64,000 bases of DNA, taken from Clostridia bacterium. GTDB taxonomy: Bacteria; Bacillota; Clostridia; Oscillospirales; Acutalibacteraceae. A model generated the notes under the pieces. That model had not been told where the DNA came from. It ran no database searches and saw only the letters and a program-made list of their open reading frames with translations. Position numbers and translations under genes: made by a program. Each line of letters starts with the position of its first letter. Within the stretch, counting starts at the first letter, position 1. This document shows, piece after piece, positions 58,184-64,000 of this stretch. The stretch covers positions 168,646 to 232,645 of the forward strand of contig JAKSQK010000002.1 in the NCBI GenBank assembly GCA_024404145.1, read 5' to 3'.

Positions 58184-59248
58184 TTATGCCTTAAATTTTT
58201 TCTTATATAGCGCCCTTTTTCTTTTTCGGGGCAAATCGGGGATTTTATTTTCCCTTATGTAATCGAAAACGGGTTTTCCTTTCGGCGCCATATCATACAT
58301 TTGGGTTATCATAGTTCCGGGGGTGTTGTTAAGTTCGATAATACAAGCGCCTTCCTCCGTAACGGCTATATCCCAGCCGATAAGCGTTGCCTGGTATGCT
58401 TTTTTTGCGCCCTCCGTTGCAACCCTCTTAACCTCATCGAAATTAGGGACCTCGAAACCGATTATTTTCTTGTTTGATTCGGGGTGAAAGTAATATTTGT
58501 TTCGGTAAAAATCGTATGCCGGAGTGCAAACGATACCGCTTTCGATATCTATTGTGGCTCCGAGACCTTCATGGCGGATATTATCTACAACGCAGTCGCC
58601 GATACCGATTTTAAGCGTTGCGGAAATTATTTTTATGTTGCCGCCCTCGTTAAGCGTAACAATTCTCGCCGTATTAACCGAATCGGAATGCATTTCTGCT
58701 AATTCGTGATGCTGAACTATATAATCCTCGCATAGATATTTTCTGCCTAAGGTTTTTATGTATGCCTCGTAGAGTTCTTTTTCGTCGCCGTTGTTTTCGT
58801 AAACAAAAACCCCCGCCCCGAGAGAGCCCTGACAGGGTTTGAAAACAACCTTTTTCCGTCCCTTAATAAACTCTTTAATTTGTTCCAGTTTTTTGCTGTC
58901 GTCTTCAAGGCAGATAAAATCCCTTTTTATAAGGTCTTTGCCGAAAAGTTTATACTGCTTGTCCTTGCCGTGCTCCTCGCCTTTTTTGGCGATAGTTTTG
59001 TTAAATCGCAAATAGGTAATATACTGGTCGTATTTAACAAGATAATTTTTTCGGTAACAGTCCCTTAAATTATAGAACTTGTAAAAATCGTATTCGGTTG
59101 GCAAAACCTTATAATGCAAATAGCAATGAAGCATATCGACAGTTCTTGCAAAAAGCTTAAAACCTTTGTATGCCTCGTCGGTTTTACCCGTTTTGCAAAA
59201 GGTTGCGTAGTTTTGCAAAAAAACGGGAAAGTATTTATATATTTTCAT
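58184..59248 (-). CDS. ATP-grasp ligase (resembles the 'sugar-transfer associated' ATPgrasp_ST group)
   Basis: FKPCQGSLGAGVFV nucleotide-binding loop and the IIELNNTPG Mg-ATP motif. ATG at 59248 preceded by GAAGG. Confidence 0.65.
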   Translation of the reverse strand: MKIYKYFPVFLQNYATFCKTGKTDEAYKGFKLFARTVDMLHCYLHYKVLPTEYDFYKFYNLRDCYRKNYLVKYDQYITYLRFNKTIAKKGEEHGKDKQYKLFGKDLIKRDFICLEDDSKKLEQIKEFIKGRKKVVFKPCQGSLGAGVFVYENNGDEKELYEAYIKTLGRKYLCEDYIVQHHELAEMHSDSVNTARIVTLNEGGNIKIISATLKIGIGDCVVDNIRHEGLGATIDIESGIVCTPAYDFYRNKYYFHPESNKKIIGFEVPNFDEVKRVATEGAKKAYQATLIGWDIAVTEEGACIIELNNTPGTMITQMYDMAPKGKPVFDYIRENKIPDLPRKRKRALYKKKFKA

Positions 59249-59259
59249 TGTTAAACCTT

Positions 59260-60378
59260 CTATTCGATAGCAATGAAAGAGTATTTTTTCTTCGGATGGA
59301 AGAATATCTCTTCCCCAAAACATTCATAAGGATTTACCTTAAAAACATTATCGTTTAGCGAAATCAGCCCGTCTGCTTTTGAAAGGCCGAGCGGAATTAC
59401 CTTCTGATATTTTGAGATTAAACCGTTAATCTTGTGCCTTCTCGAAGAAAAATCGACAGTCAGGTTGCAATAATACGGCTTTCCGCTGTCCTCCTTTACG
59501 GCAAAAGCATCATTGCAGTAAAAGAAAATCTTTTGCGGAGTAAACGGCAGGGAGATTTCGAAATTGTTTGTCGGCTCGGTGGGAGTCCAGTTAGCAAGAA
59601 AGGTGCGTTTGCTCTTTTTTATCTCCAAAAAACCGTTTGTTTTCGATATTATATTTTCTTCGGTTTCGCTTTTATCGAAAATTGTATTATAAGCCGTCAA
59701 TGCCGAACCGACATCTTTGTTGCATTTGATTTTCCAAATTTTAACATTTTCCAAAAGACGGTCGATAAGGGAGAGCGTATCGTTTAGCGCCTTCGGATTT
59801 CTCGGCATATAAACCTGACTTGCTATAAGTTCCGTTGCCGATTTTTTATCCAAAAGTTCGGTTTCGTTTTTGTCGGCGCGTTCGATAAAGCAAAGGTGTT
59901 TCAGTTCGGTTTTCGTATTTGTACCGAACTTTTCTTTGCCGGTCCAAGGGGTGCCGTAAGCAAAAATCTTATCGTCAAAAAACCTTATTATCGGCTTGTC
60001 GCCGTTAACTATCGTCATTTTTTCGCCCAAAAGTTTTTGCCAATTAAGCATATGGGTTGTTTTTCCCGTTCCGCTTCTTGCGGCAAAGGCAATACCGTTG
60101 CCCTCTATATCGAGAACAACCGAATGAAAAACGAAAGCGCCGAAAAGGGGCAAAACATCGCCGAGTTTTCTGAATCCGGCAATTTCCGCCACATAACCTT
60201 TTGCCATTTTTAGTTGCTCTTTATCAAAAAGGATTTCCTGATTTATATCCTCTTTTGTAACCTCTATCGAAATATCGGCTTTCGTATCGTCTGTTCGGTA
60301 GTCGGTCATACGGTGCTCAAACAGGTTGTCGATAGCATTAAAGTCTACGGTAAAGTCGGCAATTTTGAAACAAGGCAT
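59260..60378 (-). CDS. HPr-kinase-like P-loop protein fused to about 140-aa C-terminal domain of unknown function
   Basis: FHSVVLDIEGNGIAFAARSGTGKTT matches the lHa.av...g.a.l..G.SG.GKST pattern of HprK-related kinases. No match recognised for residues from about 235 to 372. Confidence 0.6.
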   Translation of the reverse strand: MPCFKIADFTVDFNAIDNLFEHRMTDYRTDDTKADISIEVTKEDINQEILFDKEQLKMAKGYVAEIAGFRKLGDVLPLFGAFVFHSVVLDIEGNGIAFAARSGTGKTTHMLNWQKLLGEKMTIVNGDKPIIRFFDDKIFAYGTPWTGKEKFGTNTKTELKHLCFIERADKNETELLDKKSATELIASQVYMPRNPKALNDTLSLIDRLLENVKIWKIKCNKDVGSALTAYNTIFDKSETEENIISKTNGFLEIKKSKRTFLANWTPTEPTNNFEISLPFTPQKIFFYCNDAFAVKEDSGKPYYCNLTVDFSSRRHKINGLISKYQKVIPLGLSKADGLISLNDNVFKVNPYECFGEEIFFHPKKKYSFIAIE

Positions 60379-60380
60379 AA

Positions 60381-60647
60381 TTATTCTTCCAAAAGGTCGG
60401 CTGTTTTTAATTTTTCAATAATAGCTTCTGCGCTTTCCTTTGCTTCTTGCGTTGTGCAGTCAAATTTTGCAACACAGCTGTTTATAAGCTCATCGGAAGT
60501 ACAGCCGTTACCGAGTTGTTCGATAATGAAAGCCGCCGTTTCGTTTAGTTTAAGGAATCCGCTAAACGAATTTTTGTTGTCGTCAACGGGAACTGCGATA
60601 TAATTTCCCGACATTTCATTAATTACAAATTTAATTTTAAGTTTCAT
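60381..60647 (-). CDS. PqqD-family peptide chaperone (RiPP recognition element)
   Basis: 88 aa. The pattern ...YIAVPV ... LNETAAFIIEQLGNGCTSDELINSCVAKFDCTTQEAKESAEAIIEKL is PqqD-like. ATG preceded by AGGAGC. 11-nt overlap with the rSAM stop. Confidence 0.75.
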   Translation of the reverse strand: MKLKIKFVINEMSGNYIAVPVDDNKNSFSGFLKLNETAAFIIEQLGNGCTSDELINSCVAKFDCTTQEAKESAEAIIEKLKTADLLEE

Positions 60648-61998
60648 TTGTGTTGCTCCTTTTATCATACATATTTTTCATTTGGTTTTCTAACATATTT
60701 CGGTAGTTTTCTTCGTCGGTTTCGTCGCACCTTCTCGGCATACTTTCGCAAGACTGCGGATAAAGGCACATAGGCATAAACTTGCAACCGTCGCATTTAT
60801 CGCAAACTTTTTGAGTATGTTTATACCAGTTTAGCTCATCAATATTTATTTCTTCGGAATAAACACTGCCCCAAAAATGGTCGTCGGTATGGCGTTGGCA
60901 TTTTCCGAGGTTGCCGTCGGGTAAAATCATAACGGTAGAGTTAGAATCCGCCATACAGTGGACATGCCTTCTCGAATAATAAGGGTTGTAAAATTTTTTG
61001 TTCAAATTGTTATAGATATAGCGCTGTAACTCGATTTGCTTTTTGATAATTTCATGGCGGTTATCGGAATCTCGGTTTTCTATTCTCGCACAAGAATCCT
61101 CAAACAGCAAATGAACATATAAAACAAAACCGTCGTACTTTGAAAAACGGGCGATTAAATAATCGGTCAGCGCTTTAAGGTCGTCGGCGTTGTGGTCGTC
61201 CATATTCATTCTTATTTGAACATCAATTCCGCTTTTTAGCAGGTTTTCAACATTGCCTACAACCCTCTTAAAAGCGCTTTTTTCGCTCTTGTCTACATAA
61301 GCTTTTGTTGTGTTGTAAACTTCCTCGGTGCCGTCGAGAGTTATCTGCACCCAGTTCAGATGCCATTCGTTTTTGGCGCGTTTAATTAAATCTTCATCAA
61401 AGAGATAGCCGTTGGTAGTCATTTTTGAATTAAATTTAATGTTTTCGCTGTTCAGTTTGTTACAGATAGTATCAATGGCTTTAATATTGCATAGCGGTTC
61501 TCCGCCGAACCAACGAAGAACGGTATTGTTTTTCGTTCGGTGGTTTATAATATACTCTGCCGATTTAAGCGCCGTTTCCTCGCTCATATTTATATGCTTT
61601 GCATCTTTTTCAAAGCAGTAAAAACATCTTGCGTTGCAATTAGTTGTCGGCAAAATTGTAAAAGTTTTGATGTTTGAAACTTTTCGCAGTTTGTTCGTTA
61701 AAAAATAAAGAGAGTTCATCTGTTCGCAAAAAGCAAAGTCATCAAAATCGCGCGGAACTAAAAACCGGTTATTTATTAAATATTCGGTCAGTTCGTTTCT
61801 TTCGGAAGAATCAAGAAAACAGCCGTATTCGCTCTGCTCAAGGAAAATAAGTTCCGCCGATAAAAGATTATATACCAAATATCCGCCGTTGTGCTTTATT
61901 GTATGTAGATAAAAAAACGGGCGGTATTCTTTATTTTCAGTTTGCTGTTTTGGGGCCATTGCCGAAAAAAACTTATCGGTACTGTTTATTTTTATCAT
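60637..61998 (-). CDS. radical SAM/SPASM-domain peptide maturase with N-terminal RRE-like region
   Basis: CNARCFYC (CxxxCxxC) after about 115 aa. C-terminal auxiliary-cluster cysteines: CMADS ... GKCQRH ... CDKCDGCKFMPMCLYPQSCESMPRRC. RBS GGAGAAAAAGA. Confidence 0.85.
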   Translation of the reverse strand: MIKINSTDKFFSAMAPKQQTENKEYRPFFYLHTIKHNGGYLVYNLLSAELIFLEQSEYGCFLDSSERNELTEYLINNRFLVPRDFDDFAFCEQMNSLYFLTNKLRKVSNIKTFTILPTTNCNARCFYCFEKDAKHINMSEETALKSAEYIINHRTKNNTVLRWFGGEPLCNIKAIDTICNKLNSENIKFNSKMTTNGYLFDEDLIKRAKNEWHLNWVQITLDGTEEVYNTTKAYVDKSEKSAFKRVVGNVENLLKSGIDVQIRMNMDDHNADDLKALTDYLIARFSKYDGFVLYVHLLFEDSCARIENRDSDNRHEIIKKQIELQRYIYNNLNKKFYNPYYSRRHVHCMADSNSTVMILPDGNLGKCQRHTDDHFWGSVYSEEINIDELNWYKHTQKVCDKCDGCKFMPMCLYPQSCESMPRRCDETDEENYRNMLENQMKNMYDKRSNTNET

Positions 61999-62085
61999 TC
62001 TTTTTCTCCGTTTGCTGTAGGTTTATATTATTATGAATTATTAAATTACAGCAGGGCTGTAACCTAATAATACATAATAATTATG

Positions 62086-62117
62086 AAAAAAACCATCCCT
62101 AATAAGGGATGGTTTTT
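62086..62117 (-). terminator. intra-operon hairpin/terminator between precursor ORF and maturase
   Basis: Minus strand: AAAAACCATCCCT-tatt-AGGGATGGTTTTTTT. Confidence 0.7.
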
Positions 62118-62120
62118 CCC

Positions 62121-62136
62121 TTGTGATGCATCACAA
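62121..62136. promoter_or_regulatory. perfect 16-nt palindrome TTGTGATGCATCACAA
   Basis: Located 8 nt downstream of the precursor stop codon. Could be an RNA hairpin or a dimeric-protein binding site. Confidence 0.4.
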
Positions 62137-62143
62137 AGTTAAA

Positions 62144-62248
62144 TTACTGCATTGAAGGCGGAACTACACAGAACCACTCTTCTTCTTCCTCTTCAGAAGT
62201 TGTGATAACATCGTTAATCATAACGATATCCATTTCAGCGAATTTCAC
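62144..62248 (-). CDS. candidate RiPP precursor peptide, 34 aa: MKFAEMDIVMINDVITTSEEEEEEWFCVVPPSMQ
   Basis: Own translation. GTG start sits 6 nt after GGAGGTG (62261-62255), with a TAA stop at 62146-62144. It lies directly upstream of, and co-directional with, the rSAM/PqqD genes. It is below the ORF-track size cut-off. Confidence 0.6.
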   Translation of the reverse strand: MKFAEMDIVMINDVITTSEEEEEEWFCVVPPSMQ

Positions 62249-62274
62249 TTGACACACCTCCTATAAAGATTTTT

Positions 62275-62309
62275 ATGTAAGTCCTAAAAAGGATTACATT
62301 AAATAGGAC
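62275..62309 (-). promoter_or_regulatory. overlapping inverted repeats in the precursor upstream region
   Basis: Two repeats share the GTCCT/AGGAC segment: GTCCTA-17 nt-TAGGAC (62281-62309), and ATGTAAGTCCT/AGGATTACAT (62275-62299, one bulge). Confidence 0.35.
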
Positions 62310-62314
62310 AATAA

Positions 62315-62338
62315 AGGGGGCACAATTTGTACCCCCCT
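62315..62338 (-). terminator. terminator after the Cys-rich repeat protein gene
   Basis: Minus strand: GGGGGGTAC-aaatt-GTGCCCCC followed by TTTATT. Lies 25 nt after the stop. Confidence 0.7.
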
Positions 62339-62362
62339 TATTTTCAAAAACGCTTTATGATA

Positions 62363-64000
62363 TTAGTTGTAACCAAACATAGCTCTAATTGAGATGCCGA
62401 ATTTAGCAAGTGCTGTGCACATTGCACCGTTCTTAGCATCATCAAGCATAGAACCGCAGTAGGTTTCGAGCGAATATGTATCGGTCATGATAACATCGCC
62501 GTTATAAGTTACAACAGCGGTTATTGTCTTGTAAGAATCATAAAGTGCCATAGAGTTAAAGTAACAATAAGCGTAAGTGTTCTTACCTCCAACCGTTGTG
62601 GTAAGTTCGCTACCTGTATAGGTTTCTCTTATTGTTTCCTCTCCGCCGCTTGCAGTATTGTTACTGGTAACATAACTGATATCGATAGAGAGTTTGTCTA
62701 AGTCATAAATAGTACCGTTCTTGTTCGAAATAGTAAGCTGATATGCGAACGAAGGAGCAGCAACGAGTGTTACAGAGCTTGTATAGTTGCAAGCTGAATT
62801 GTAATTAGCGCCCTGCTGTTTATCGTTAACATCATTAAGTCCGGTAATTACTGTTTCGGCATCGGTTGCTACAGGATATGAATATGTAGGATCAGCTGCA
62901 TCAACATAAACTGTAATCTTGCCTAAATCAGATTCTGCCGGAGCGCCGTTTGCCTGGAAGTATCTCTGGGCTTCGCCGCCGAGAATTAACAAATCGCGAG
63001 CTGCAGCTCTTGTATTTGCTTTTCTGGTTTTAGCAGCTGTCTTATCGCTTGTCTTAGGAAGATTTGACTGATACAATTCCTTCAAAAGAACATCAGGACG
63101 GCTGGTAATATCAGCAGTATAAGCTATCTTGTTGCCCTTAGCATCGAAGAACTCAAGGTGAGCGTCTATCGGTAAGTCAAGAGCATACATAGCAACACCG
63201 TAGTAGTTGGTGTATAAATATCCTGAGGCGCTACCGAATTCAGTAAATACGGACGGCTCTGCTATCATCTTATTAAATGCAAAACCGTTGATATCATAAA
63301 CGGTAGGAGTTACAACAAGTTTTACCGAAGCGGTATTTTCGGGCATATCTGCCTCTAACCACTGATATGCAATGCCAAGCTGAGCGCCGATAGCAACGGA
63401 AGCAGCGAACGAATCAACTGTTACGAGCTGGGGCTCAATAGCAACTTCGCGAACATAGCCGCAAGTATTACATGTATCGTCAGCATCGTTGTCATAAATA
63501 TGAGCAGCGGTGTCAACTTCTGCACTACAGCAGCTCCATACTTTCCAGTGGTTGTCAGCGTCTTTCTGCCAGTCGCCTAATGTACCGGTATGGTTAGTAG
63601 CATTAACTTCGCCGAATTCATAAGTTCCGGCAACTGATTTATCACAAGCTCCGCATACGCAGGTCTTGTAGTAAACAGCTTTTGCAGTACATGTAGCAGC
63701 TGACTTTAATGTATCGCCATTTTGTACTGTTGTCTGATCATAAACATGAGCTTCGAGTGCGCCGTATTTAGCACCGCAAGTAGCACATTCTGCTTTTTCT
63801 GTGCATGTAGCTGTTCCGCCTGCATGAGCAGCCTTATCAGCTTCTGCACTACAGCAGCTCCATACTTTCCAGTGGTTGTCAGCGTCTGTCTGCCAGTCGC
63901 CCTTTGTACCGGTATGGTTAGTAGCGTCTACTGTGCCGTATTTAGCACCGCAAGTAGCACATTCTGCCTGTGCTGTACATGTAGCTGTTCCGCCTGCATG
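62363..64000 (-). CDS. large Cys-rich repeat protein, C-terminal part (5' end beyond window)
   Basis: I translated 64000..63347 by hand. The frame is open and continuous with the 327-aa track ORF. Repeated modules are HAGGTATCTxxAECATCGAKYG and NHTGTxGDWQxDADNHWKVWSCCSAExDxAAH. Confidence 0.7.
   Translation of the reverse strand, partial: HAGGTATCTAQAECATCGAKYGTVDATNHTGTKGDWQTDADNHWKVWSCCSAEADKAAHAGGTATCTEKAECATCGAKYGALEAHVYDQTTVQNGDTLKSAATCTAKAVYYKTCVCGACDKSVAGTYEFGEVNATNHTGTLGDWQKDADNHWKVWSCCSAEVDTAAHIYDNDADDTCNTCGYVREVAIEPQLVTVDSFAASVAIGAQLGIAYQWLEADMPENTASVKLVVTPTVYDINGFAFNKMIAEPSVFTEFGSASGYLYTNYYGVAMYALDLPIDAHLEFFDAKGNKIAYTADITSRPDVLLKELYQSNLPKTSDKTAAKTRKANTRAAARDLLILGGEAQRYFQANGAPAESDLGKITVYVDAADPTYSYPVATDAETVITGLNDVNDKQQGANYNSACNYTSSVTLVAAPSFAYQLTISNKNGTIYDLDKLSIDISYVTSNNTASGGEETIRETYTGSELTTTVGGKNTYAYCYFNSMALYDSYKTITAVVTYNGDVIMTDTYSLETYCGSMLDDAKNGAMCTALAKFGISIRAMFGYN
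63517..63925. repeat. near-identical 85-nt direct repeats (63517-63601 and 63841-63925) inside the repeat-protein gene
   Basis: cttctgcactacagcagctccatactttccagtggttgtcagcgtct... occurs twice with about 4 mismatches, 324 nt apart. A second 66-nt pair lies at 63761-63826 and 63935-64000. Confidence 0.9.

Noticed and set aside
62083-62142. 19-aa plus-strand ORF MKKTIPNKGWFFPCDASQS opposite the precursor/maturase spacer
   Set aside because: It has no Shine-Dalgarno sequence. It is composed entirely of the terminator hairpin and the 16-nt palindrome, and it is on the wrong strand relative to the operon. It is noted only because it is Cys-containing and peptide-sized.
62363-64000. Cys-rich repeat protein as a substrate or component of the rSAM operon
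   Set aside because: A terminator separates the two, and a large multi-domain protein is unlike a RiPP substrate. Adjacency alone is insufficient evidence, so it is kept only as a separate observation.
1-64000. CRISPR arrays, IS elements/transposases, integrases, prophage or toxin-antitoxin modules
   Set aside because: No repeat-spacer periodicity, no transposase, integrase or recombinase-like ORFs, and no terminal inverted repeats were seen anywhere in the window.

Overview
This is a 64-kb chromosomal segment from a low-GC, spore-forming Firmicute, Clostridia-like by gene content and order. About 60 genes could be called. Positions 1-37.6 kb are an almost uninterrupted minus-strand block of housekeeping genes: pgsA-rimO-recX-recA, prmC, a two-component system, a U32 peptidase, a P-type ATPase, type III glutamine synthetase, mutS2, recO, era, ybeY, phoH, split transketolase, rluD, lspA, divIVA, ylmH, sepF, yggS, miaA, mutL, mutS and miaB. 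Next come a stand-alone tRNA-Thr(GGT), a hairpin-dense non-coding stretch, and a DXS-paralogue/processive-GT2 operon. A typA operon follows and also carries an exonuclease, a radical SAM enzyme, a zinc-ribbon ABC exporter and a DUF1854 protein. After that come pgi, a D,D-carboxypeptidase, a gerA-type germinant receptor operon and an Lrp regulator. The most interesting region is 55.4-62.3 kb. An unannotated 34-aa ORF (MKFAEMDIVMINDVITTSEEEEEEWFCVVPPSMQ) heads a tightly coupled minus-strand operon. The operon encodes a radical SAM/SPASM enzyme, a PqqD-like chaperone, an HprK-like P-loop kinase fusion, an ATP-grasp ligase and a cytoplasmic SipW-type S24/S26 peptidase. No exporter or immunity gene is present. 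It converges on a translationally coupled SLOG(YpsA-like)/B12-radical-SAM pair. I read this as a candidate new ribosomally synthesised peptide (RiPP or peptide-derived cofactor) pathway. No CRISPR array, IS element or prophage was seen. All family assignments come from motif recognition by eye, with no database search.
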